Positions 9,987 to 20,000 of a stretch of DNA of 61,250 nt are shown here, one piece after another. The translations under genes and the position numbers were made by a program. This DNA is from an uncultured Muribaculaceae bacterium (GTDB lineage: Bacteria; Bacillota_I; Bacilli_A; RF39; UBA660). The notes beneath the pieces are model-generated. The model searched no databases. It was not told the origin of the DNA and saw only the letters and a list, made by a program, of their open reading frames with translations. Each line of letters begins with the position of its first letter. The stretch's first letter is position 1. The DNA is taken from the NCBI GenBank assembly GCA_964481005.1, contig CAYZRY010000003.1, positions 1 through 61,250 on the forward strand, written 5' to 3'.

Positions 9987-10015
9987 ATATTACCAAATAA
10001 CTGTTTATCTTTCAA
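9987..10015 (-). promoter_or_regulatory. Internal sigma-A type promoter for 8971..9963
   Basis: Minus strand: TTGAAA, 17-nt spacer ending in TGG, TAATAT; then an AGGAG RBS. Confidence 0.6.
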
Positions 10016-10049
10016 TCTTTTTACTCACTTTTTACAGAAAAACTTTACA

Positions 10050-10640
10050 TTAATTAATTGTCTGTCTAGAGTCAATAATTATAAATATACTCTCTATAAT
10101 ATTTTGATATTTATAATTCTTATATATTTCATCAAAATATACTAGTAATGTATATGAATTAGTTTCGTTGTAGCGATAATCGAAAAACTTTTTCGGAGCC
10201 TTTAGCTCTCTAAAGTATGTTCCGTGAGTATCGGTTACAACTTCATTTGAATAAATTATATTTTGGGCCGTCGAACTATTGTAATCTTCGTTGACATACA
10301 GTTCATAGCGCAGTTCTAAATTGGTCGTAGCTTTGACCATCAAGTCATATTCGAGCGATACTTCGGCTCTTTTACCATCCTTATTATTAGAAATAGTAAA
10401 ATTGTAAATATATGGTTGACTCCGCGGGACAATATCAGGCAGTCTGACATCTAAATACTGATACGATGTATCTAGGACATAGTAAGCAACACTAGTATTT
10501 AGATTAGAGTCCGCTGATGACTCATATTTCGACAAGCTCATTGGTACAATTACCAGAAGCATTAGCAAGACGATGAAGAGAACAATGACTGTCGATAAAT
10601 TGTTTTTACTTTTTTCTTTTTTTACTACTCTTGTCTTCAT
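10050..10640 (-). CDS. SipW-class signal-peptide protein (TasA/camelysin-like minor subunit)
   Basis: Start moved to MKTRVVKK (GAGGG RBS); TM segment then MSLS|KYESS; DIVPRSQPYIYNFTISN; ends DSRQTIN. Confidence 0.72.
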   Translation of the reverse strand: MKTRVVKKEKSKNNLSTVIVLFIVLLMLLVIVPMSLSKYESSADSNLNTSVAYYVLDTSYQYLDVRLPDIVPRSQPYIYNFTISNNKDGKRAEVSLEYDLMVKATTNLELRYELYVNEDYNSSTAQNIIYSNEVVTDTHGTYFRELKAPKKFFDYRYNETNSYTLLVYFDEIYKNYKYQNIIESIFIIIDSRQTIN

Positions 10641-11193
10641 CTTTTCCCTCAATGATAGAATCCCTAGTAATTCTAAAATCTCTATATTTATAATACTGAC
10701 TCTTAGTCCAGTCTTTAAAGCTATCATTAAATAAAAGTAAAGTAATAATGAGAAGTACAAATACTTGTGGTGTCAGTAAAACTTTTTTCCAAATACCAAG
10801 TTTTTTAAACTGTTTGACAACCTTTCCAACGACGACATCTTTTCTGACTGGTTCATCACCGATGTTGTTGGCATCTCCCTTGGCAATATAAAGATTTTCT
10901 CTGACGGCTGTAACACGGTGAGTGATAAAGACATTGCCCTTTTTATAGGTAATTATCTCTCCGACTTTGGCCTGATTACCTATTTTGACAATTATCACAT
11001 CATCTGTTTCAATCGTCGGAGCCATACTGTTTGTTACAACGACAAAGAAAGTATAACCAAAGATATTAGTATGATCTTTCTTCAATAATTTTAACTGAAC
11101 AAAATTAGTTAAAACAATAAAGGAAACAAACACAATTAAAACAATAAGTATATACTTAACTATTGCAATAATTGTATTGACTGTTTCCTTCAT
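10606..11193 (-). CDS. sipW: Signal peptidase I, SipW/S26B (ER-type), catalytic residues present
   Basis: N-terminal TM; VTNSMAPTI (Ser), ITHRV (His), KGDANNIGD (Asp), VVGKV; C-terminal TM. Confidence 0.9.
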   Translation of the reverse strand: MKETVNTIIAIVKYILIVLIVFVSFIVLTNFVQLKLLKKDHTNIFGYTFFVVVTNSMAPTIETDDVIIVKIGNQAKVGEIITYKKGNVFITHRVTAVRENLYIAKGDANNIGDEPVRKDVVVGKVVKQFKKLGIWKKVLLTPQVFVLLIITLLLFNDSFKDWTKSQYYKYRDFRITRDSIIEGKDEDKSSKKRKK

Positions 11194-11199
11194 ACTAAC

Positions 11200-11781
11200 C
11201 TACCCCACGTATTGACTTAGTTTAACGCTAATTGGAACGTCTAGGAAGGGACTTTCCATCCCGACAAACTTCGAATCATTGACACTGTTGTTATCATCAT
11301 TTTCCCAAACGAAGTCAACTCTTATCTTTTCTTGTTTAGCAGCTAGAACATCTGCTAATAATATGATTCCTTTATATGAACCATCAGGTTCAGGACTAAT
11401 CACTGTACCTGCTTCATTTTTAACACTACTTATATATATTTTATCATTATTTAAATTGGCAAAATCCATCGTAACTTGATACTCTAGTGAAACTTCTGTT
11501 CCACTGGGATCAATAATTATTTCAAAATATGCCGAAGAACCTGGCGCAGCTTTACCTGGCAAGGTTGTATCGTTATTAATCCAATTTACTGTTGGAACTA
11601 AAAATGAATGGTTAGCACCTGTAACTTCACTTGCATTTATTTTAATTTGCCACTTGGCTAAATCACTTATCGCTGGCGAAGTAATATTACTTTCAAAAAG
11701 TCCAAAAGTATTTACATAGGCAAATATTTGGAGTAATAACAAAAGAAAAAAACTTGTTACAAGCAGTTTTCTTCTCGTCAT
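11200..11781 (-). CDS. SipW-class signal-peptide protein (TasA/camelysin-like)
   Basis: RRK + TM + NTFG|LFESN; AKWQIKIN; APGSSAYFEIIID; WENDDNNSVNDS; paralogous to 29295..29885. Confidence 0.78.
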   Translation of the reverse strand: MTRRKLLVTSFFLLLLLQIFAYVNTFGLFESNITSPAISDLAKWQIKINASEVTGANHSFLVPTVNWINNDTTLPGKAAPGSSAYFEIIIDPSGTEVSLEYQVTMDFANLNNDKIYISSVKNEAGTVISPEPDGSYKGIILLADVLAAKQEKIRVDFVWENDDNNSVNDSKFVGMESPFLDVPISVKLSQYVG

Positions 11782-11783
11782 GA

Positions 11784-12356
11784 TTATTTCTTTGCCCTTT
11801 TAAGTTCTTGTAATAGTAGATATAGTTGATACAAGAATAGCACTAGAATTGGCAAGATTACTGCAAATAGGAATACCCATTTAGATGATAACAATCCTAT
11901 GACCGCACCAATTGCTGGATAAACTTTAACATCATCAGCTCTACCAATTACATTTTCTTGTGCTAGTAGATAATCCATCGATTGATCTCCAGCTTTTTCA
12001 CTTTTAGATCTAACTGGCATAATGAATGTATTATCACCATTTGGATTACTATTAACCATCTTAACTTTACTGTAGTAAACTACATCTTTTTGATCTTTAG
12101 TACCTGTGTAATAGAAAAATATAGCATCATTAGTTCTAATTTCTTTATTAGCCGTCTTATTAACTACTACTAGATCTCCCTTTTTAAAATCTTCGACACC
12201 TAATTTACCGTTCATAATAAGCACTGTTTTATTACCAAACTCTGCTACATTATACTGATTGTAATTAAGTAGATAGACCGTAAGTAGTACATCTATTAGT
12301 ACGACTAAAGTAACTACTATCCATAATATATATTTTCCGATTTTTTTCATAGACAC
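11784..12356 (-). CDS. SipW-like pseudo-peptidase (catalytic Ser/His absent)
   Basis: SipW topology (N-terminal TM, KKGDLVVV, ENVIG, YPAIGAVI + C-terminal TM) but no SGSM and no THR motif. Confidence 0.7.
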   Translation of the reverse strand: MSMKKIGKYILWIVVTLVVLIDVLLTVYLLNYNQYNVAEFGNKTVLIMNGKLGVEDFKKGDLVVVNKTANKEIRTNDAIFFYYTGTKDQKDVVYYSKVKMVNSNPNGDNTFIMPVRSKSEKAGDQSMDYLLAQENVIGRADDVKVYPAIGAVIGLLSSKWVFLFAVILPILVLFLYQLYLLLQELKRAKK

Positions 12357-12367
12357 CTCACTATATG

Positions 12368-12376
12368 ATTATATCA
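12368..12376 (-). promoter_or_regulatory. Extended -10 element (internal promoter) upstream of 11784..12356
   Basis: Minus-strand TGATATAAT followed by a GAGGTG RBS. Confidence 0.55.
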
Positions 12377-12389
12377 TAACTTTTTTTAT

Positions 12390-13904
12390 TTATTCAACTT
12401 TATTTAATACGTTAATTAACTTTATATATGCATCTATTTGATTGATATCAAAATCATCAATGTTTTTTAAATCATAATAAGTACATAGTTTTTCAGTTTT
12501 AACAATTAAGTCTGGTAATGTATCGGCATTTAATTTAATTGATTCTAGTTTTAAGTTATCTAGTTTATATTTATCTAGAATGATTCTAGATATATCATGT
12601 TCTTTTAAAACTTCGAGGTTATTGACTAGATTGACATATGGGTTTAGATAAAGATTTTTTAATCTTTCTAAATCGTTAGTCTTTTGAATCTCCCCTTCTT
12701 TATCACGGAACTCTTTAGATATTTTTAGGTAGTATCCGTAATATGAAGATAGGAATAAGATTAGATCTAAGATTTTAGATTCAGTATTGATGTTATCAAC
12801 AAGTGCTTCTTTATAGTAGAGCTCTTCATGTTCTTCGAAGAGATTACTTATTTTAGCAATTAGTTCATCAGTATTGTTTTTCTTTTTCTTAAAACGTTGT
12901 TGGAGTTTCTTTTCAACAGCAAATATCTCTTTTATTTTCTTAGAACTCTCAGTCTTTGGTTTACCAAATAAACCACGAGATTTTTTAGCTGTATTACCAT
13001 CAGTTTTAATCAAAGCACTGACCTTGTCGATAACTTCTTTAAATTCTAAGTAACTAGCATATTCTTTGAGAATATCTCTGAAACTGTTAATTGTTCTTCC
13101 GAAATCATTGACGTCTCCGCGAATAAGTTCATTAGCCAGTTTATCGATATTAGCTGGCAGATAATCTTTGATATTTAATGTTCCATCGGTAAATTTAGCG
13201 ACAAACAATTTCTTGTTACTGTTTTCCGAAGCATTGTTTTGAGTGACCCCTGCTTGATACTCTTTGATAACCTGAGTATGAGACTTATCTATCTCTTTTT
13301 GTAAGTGTTTGACATAATTATCAAAAGTCTTTTGGTGACGATAGTATAAAGTCTTAAAGTTCAGTTTAATATCTCTGATAATATTTGGATTTTTCCAGTA
13401 ATATTCTTCAAAATATGGTTTTAATGTTTCGGTTGTATCTTCGGAGTTGATAGCTGAAAAGACTGCCTGCATGTAGAGATTTTGATATTCGTTGTAGAAA
13501 AAATCATTGCTACTTAATTTAACTCCGGCATGAGTATAGATATTGATCAAAGCGATAATACATTCATTAAATCTTTCAAAATTAGAACGGTAGAACTTAT
13601 CTAAGTGATGAAATATCTCATCGAGACCTAACTTTTCATATGCAGTGTTAACAGGATCTGTCACTTTGATAGCTTCCTCTAAATCTTCGATGCTAACTAT
13701 TTCAAGTGGTTCGACATTAATTGAGTTTTCAAAGTTAATACGACGCTGTTTCATCTCTTCGATAAGAGCTAATTTTTCCTGATTATATTCAGCAAAAATC
13801 TTATTAGCTTCGCTAATATAATGTCTCTTGTCATCATCAGTTACTTTAGGTAAAGCTGAAAGTATTTCTTCAGAAAGGTTTATTTTTTCAATGATATCAG
13901 TCAT
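12390..13904 (-). CDS. Hypothetical cytoplasmic, largely helical protein (504 aa) within the fibre locus
   Basis: Long ORF, GAGGAGG RBS, no TM or signal peptide; no family recognised. Confidence 0.8.
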   Translation of the reverse strand: MTDIIEKINLSEEILSALPKVTDDDKRHYISEANKIFAEYNQEKLALIEEMKQRRINFENSINVEPLEIVSIEDLEEAIKVTDPVNTAYEKLGLDEIFHHLDKFYRSNFERFNECIIALINIYTHAGVKLSSNDFFYNEYQNLYMQAVFSAINSEDTTETLKPYFEEYYWKNPNIIRDIKLNFKTLYYRHQKTFDNYVKHLQKEIDKSHTQVIKEYQAGVTQNNASENSNKKLFVAKFTDGTLNIKDYLPANIDKLANELIRGDVNDFGRTINSFRDILKEYASYLEFKEVIDKVSALIKTDGNTAKKSRGLFGKPKTESSKKIKEIFAVEKKLQQRFKKKKNNTDELIAKISNLFEEHEELYYKEALVDNINTESKILDLILFLSSYYGYYLKISKEFRDKEGEIQKTNDLERLKNLYLNPYVNLVNNLEVLKEHDISRIILDKYKLDNLKLESIKLNADTLPDLIVKTEKLCTYYDLKNIDDFDINQIDAYIKLINVLNKVE

Positions 13905-14016
13905 TTAAACCCTCCTCAAGTGTCTTGATTTCCTGCTCTAGTTTTTTGAGAAATTCTTCAATTTTGCTATACCTATTAACCAGTTCATCGGTTGTTAAAT
14001 TAATTATCTCTTCCAC
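13897..14016 (-). CDS. Unannotated 39-aa coiled-coil protein (MEEIINLTTDELVNRYSKIEEFLKKLEQEIKTLEEGLND)
   Basis: Manual translation. AAGGAG RBS and GTG start directly after the giant-gene stop; TGA overlaps the next ATG (ATGACTGA). Confidence 0.75.
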   Translation of the reverse strand: MEEIINLTTDELVNRYSKIEEFLKKLEQEIKTLEEGLND

Positions 14017-14026
14017 TTGTTACTCC

Positions 14027-17000
14027 TTATCTTATTACAATATAATTATACACTTCTCCGATAAAATTGCTACCATCATATAGAGAAAATGTTACACGGT
14101 ATGTTCCTGTTACGAGATTTTCTTTTAAATATAAGTAGTATGTTTGCTTGTCAAATAGTGTATTAGATAGTAAATATTCATACTTTCCAGCTGTACCTAT
14201 CGGTGCATATGAGTGAGTTATATAGTTTGAAATATCTACTGCTTGATAGTTTAGTGAATGTACTTGGTCATACATTCTTCGTTTTAATGACAGTCTCAAA
14301 TTAGGACTTGCTAGTCCTGAAGCATAGTCGATGTTAAAGATCATGACATTGCTATCATTCATTGTTTTACCAGTAGTACTGTCGATGGTCATCTGTCTAT
14401 CAGTAAGAGTTGATTTAAGACCATAGATATTATTTAAAATATTTAGAGTTACTTCTTTGGTATCTGATGAAAGTAGTCCATAGTAAATACCATCAGCTGA
14501 ACCAAAAGACTCTACTTTAATCTTGTATGTTCCCGACTGCAGATTAGAATTCAATGTATCTAGCACTATTTTTGAAGATACATTGGCGATAGTCGGAGCA
14601 ATGTTGATACGGGTTGTTCCATCCATACGCGGATAGTAAGTTATACCACCAACAGTGAAAGTTACTCCCAGTAAACTCGCTCCATTTAACTGATTGTTAT
14701 TTGAATCATACATAGTTAACTTGATACCTAACTTTTTATCGTAGTATGTCGTATCGTGAATTGTTACACCATTTACAGTTGGCTGAATAAAGTTAGTTGT
14801 AACATTTAGATTAGTTGCTTCCTTAATATATATATTGTTCTTACTTAATGCTGCGGTTATTTCAATTAGAGCATCTGCTTCATCATAAATGTTATAAGTC
14901 AAATTACTGTAATGGATACCGAGAACTCCAATAATCGTTTGGTTTTCATTATTACGTAGTTCAATTAGAAGCGTCTGATCAAGTTTGTTTTCGGTTATTT
15001 CACTTTCTCCGTAATCGACAATAAAGACAAACTCTTCACTGACAATTCGCAGATCTGATTTGTAATAGACACTGTTTTGATATACATCATCATAGTTATT
15101 ATTAGTCGAAGTTGAACCCATTTTGATAAATCTAGATAGTGGATAAGAAGCTTCATTGTGCTGAGCAAACTCTGTTAATGAAGCAGCGTAATCAGCAGCA
15201 TTTACTACGTAGTAATAATATGTTGGGGTTGCCGTCGTAAAGTCCATCATGGTAATTTTGGTATTTTCTGGAAGGGCAAATGATGATACGAGATTACGAT
15301 GGTATCCTGTTTTATAAATGTTATCGGTATTATCGATAAACAGTGAATAGTATGTACTTAGTTTTGAATTGTCCGTAATATCTGTTTTAGTCGATACAAA
15401 GACTTCGTGGACTTCTCCAGAAGTCATCGCACCCTCATACTCGTTAGATGAGTATAGAGCTCTCGATAAATTGATATTGATATTGACACGTGTTACTTCG
15501 TTATTTAAATCATCGATTGGTTTAATAGCCATCAAGTGGACTACTACTGTTCCGATGTTACCGGCTGTCTCTAAGTTTTTAGAGTGATATAAGTTAAACA
15601 GTAAACTCGGAACGGTGGTTGAGTTTTCACTTTGATAATCTAGCGTTCCTTGTGGAAGCGGCTGACTAGTTAGAAACTGTGTTTCACCGAAAGTAATCCA
15701 TCCAGTACGACTACTCTTCATTGTAAGTCCCATGACGCTGTCGGCTGTTCCATCAGCTGATATACGTGGAATATCATTGCGATCGATAAGTTGGAAACCA
15801 CCAGGAAGACCAGCATAATTGACACCAATTACTGAGAAAACAGTATTTGGATCAGGTGAGTTGATAAGTGGCAACTCGTAAGTTCCTAGGGTTGAGAAAC
15901 GTGAGGCAATCAAGTTGACATCGTAAGATGAAACGGCTTCACCAATAACCCACATATAATAGTTAGATGCTTCTGGAGTTGGTTCGATATATTTTACTTC
16001 GACAATTCCTTCGCTTTCTTCATTTTGATAGTTACTGTAAAAACCATCGACAGTAATATCATGATTTAATACGTGACTTCCAAGTACATAAGAACCACTT
16101 GAGAAAGCATAGAACTCACCAGGAGCAACTGTATCACCTTGATTGTAACTACGATTGTAGAAAGCTTCGACAGTATTTCCGTCTCCACTTCTCATATACA
16201 TCCCAAAGAAAGTCATTCCTGAAACAACTCCGTATGAAGTAACTGCTTCATTAGTGGCTATATTGATATTTACGCCCTCTTTAGCATAGAGTCTATTATT
16301 GACATTTTTACTTACTGTTCCATTATCGATAGTAACTGCTGCTTTAACATTATTAGTTGTATCAACGACACTGGTAAACTTTTCAACAAGGTTTGTTCCT
16401 GTTTCTAAATAAATAGTTGAATTATTACTTAGTTTTAGTTCTTTAATACGGGATAAACTAAATAGTACATTCGAATATTCATTAGTTCTATCGGTTGCTC
16501 CGAACAGTTCTAAATACGAATTGTCGAGTACGACTAAATTAGCTCTTTGAATCGAAGTATTACGTTTATGACTAGAAGCTGTTCCGTAATTATTGATAAA
16601 TATTCTACTTACTCCGGTTGTTGATGATGCGTTACCACTTCCAAAGATAGATCCACCAATTGAGATATCATTAGTTGTCGTATTATCGATATTGATATCT
16701 ATTCCCTTAGTTACACTGATAAATGAGAAGTCGTAAGTTTCACTACCACTAGCATTGGCTTCTCCTCCGCCAAAGACTGTTCCACCAATTGTGATTTTGG
16801 CGTTTTGTAAACTGGCGATATTTCCGATATTTACTTCGGTTGTTCCATAAACGACCGAGGTATTGGCACCGCCATATACATTTTTACCAATAGTTGCTCC
16901 GGCAATATTGACGATACTCGATGAATTGTTCTGTTCCGAGCTTCCTGTTTCTGCAGCATTTCCTCCACCGAAAACATGATCACCAATATTAGTTGTTCCT

Positions 17001-20000
17001 TCGATATTCATGGTCGTTGTTCCGTGGACCGTAGCGGTTGCCCCTTTTCCTCCGGAATAGACACTCTTAGTTATATTTGAATTGGTGATAGTTGTCGAAG
17101 CATTTTGACTTAAGGCTCCATCTTTTCCACCACCATAGATTTCTTCATTAACGGTTGTTCCTGTTATTTTTAAAACAGTTGTTCCTGTTAGCGCCTGGTT
17201 TCCTCCACCATAGATATTATTGATTGTTCCACCAGTTGTCGTAATGTTACTAGTATTCGTTATACCACCGGCATTATTTCCACCAAATAGGTCGACAATA
17301 ATTGCAGGACTTGCTACATTTACATTACTTGTAGTAACTTCCCCACTTTGATTTGACCCACCATAAACGTATTTGATGTTTCCACCATTTAAGTTTAAAG
17401 TACTGGTTGTAACACTGGCAACATTTCCTCCGCCATAGATATATTCAATCTGTCCGAGGTTAGATGTCACGGTAATATTACTTTGACTAGTGTTAGCCTG
17501 GTTTCCTCCGCCAAAAATTTGACCGACTTCGGCCGAAGCAACATTTATATTAGTGGTCGTTGTCGTACCACCCATGTTATTTCCACCATAGATAGTATTA
17601 ATAGTTCCACCAGTTACACTAATATTGCTAACTGGCACTGTCCCATTGACATTTGATCCACCGAAGACTCTAGTAATTGTTCCTGCTGTGACATTTACAT
17701 TAGATGATGTATCGATACTTGCTTGTTCTCCTCCGCCATAGACATCTTGAACAGTTGTACCTTTAAGATTAATTGTACTTGTTCCAGTATCGGCAAGTTT
17801 TCCTCCGCCATAGATGGTTGTAACATTTCCAAGATTGGCATTAATAATAGAACTTTGTGTTTTTCCACCAGCATTATTACCACCATATACAGTCGTTGCT
17901 GTTCCACCATTTATTGTGATATTAGCAATTGGTACTGTGCCGCTTTGATTAGAGCCACCGAAAAGATTAGTTACTGTTCCACCCGTCAAAGTCACATTGC
18001 TACTTTGATCGATGCTAGCAGATTCTCCACCACCATAAACATTAGGTACTGTTCCACTGCGAACTTCGACTGTGGTCTTTTCAGTATCGGCAAGTTTTCC
18101 TCCACCATAGACATTAGTTAGCGTTCCGCCCTCGACATAGACATTAGCATTGAGCGTTTTTCCACCGACATTATTTCCACCATAGACATTAGTATTAGTT
18201 CCACTCTTCAAAGTAATAGTAGATGATGCCATCGTTCCACTTTGATTAGAACCACCATAAATATTATCAGTTGTAGCCCCTTCTAAATTGATGAAAGAAC
18301 TATTACCAGAGACCTGATTTCCTCCGCCATAGACATTATTTACAACCCCACCACGTAAGTTGATAGTAGATGTCCCCATGTGAACACCAGACATATCGTT
18401 ACCACCAAAAAGACTTGGAATACTTCCTCCGTTAACATTGATTAAGATATCTCCATTTACTTTAGGATAGTATGTAGCTGATCCTTTAGAACCACCAAAA
18501 ACTGAACCTGTTATCTGTAGATTATCAATGGTCATTGTTATTCCGTTAGTCGAATATGTTTGACTTTCATTAGCGGTGTTTACACTTCCGTAAGCACTTC
18601 CTCCATAGATATTATTGGTAACTATCGGAGTTGTTTCCGCTGAACCTATTTGCATCGTAATTTTGTCACGGATATATGTTCCAGCGCTACTTGAACTAGT
18701 GTAACCACCTAGTCCACCACCATAAATAGAATCGAGGAAAGTTCCTCCAAGAACACTCATATTGACATCGCCAAAGACTGTTCCAAGCGCGTTACTTCCA
18801 CCATATAGTGAGCCTTGAATTTCACCTGAAGTCATAGTGATATTGATGGTTGATTTTACCGAGGCATTTCCTGAACCGTTGTTGTTTCCTCCACCGAAAA
18901 CAGATCCACGAATTACTCCTCCATCGATTATTATATTAGTTGTAGTCGTCGGTTTCCCACTAGAAATTCCAGTTGCTCCAAAGTTTCCTCCACCATAGAT
19001 ATTATTGTTTACTGTAGCTCTATCTTTGACAATGATATTAGAATTACTTGAAGAACCGATTGAAGATTGACCTGTTCGACCATTTCCTATACCAAAAACT
19101 GAACCTGCTTCTGCTCCATAAATACTTGATCCGTTAGCTACGTTAGTAGCAGTTCCTATCTCGGCTGTTCCCCCAACATAAATTAGTGAACTTCCATTTA
19201 CTGTTCCATCACTAGCAGCTCCCTGGTAACCATTTGAACCACCAAAAATACTGTAACTGATAGTTCCTCCGGTTACTTGAATTATTCTGTTTCCATAAGT
19301 TGGCGAAGTACCTGCTCCCCCAATGATAACGTTAATTGTTCCGCCTAATACCGCCATGTGAGTATCGTTTAAATCAGTCATCGAAGAATCACTAAGCGGC
19401 CCTCCAAGAAGGTTATAGATATTTCCCCCTTCGACTTTGACTGCTCTTAATGCATAGTGATTACCATATGATCTTCCACCAACATAAATACCAGTTGTAT
19501 AGTCATACTGACTAGTTCCAAAATCACCACTCTTAACTGTTAAATCAAATATTTTAGCACTTTGACTTGACGCGTATACTCTTCCACCCCAAGAACCAGA
19601 GGCACAGTAATACATCTCTAAATTAGAATTATTTTTAGTTGAACGATCATAGTCATTTCCATATATTGCTCTAGATTCGACATAGTCATAATAGGTCGAT
19701 GAAGTTCCACCATTGACAATAGCAAAACTCGAGTAACGACCTGATTCGATAATTAAACGATACTTAGTTACATTTGATGAACTTCCAGTTGAGTTGTTAT
19801 ATCCTCCGATAACCGATGTAAAATTAGTCGTTGTTCCATAAGTAGTTATTCCTCGACCTATTCTAACATTATTCCATGCCCCATAAAAAGTTCCATTGGT
19901 TGTTTGATTAGCTGATGGGGTATTGACGTTACGACTGGCATTACCCCTTATTTGAATATTTTCAATATTAGTGTCATTATATGCCCTAACAGCTCTTCCT

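Noticed and set aside
17200-19400. Regularly spaced CC(A/G)CCATA-type DNA repeats that could look like a CRISPR or tandem array
   Set aside because: They are the codons of the YGG protein repeats in the giant ORF; they vary at synonymous sites and have no constant repeat/unique spacer structure. No cas genes are present.
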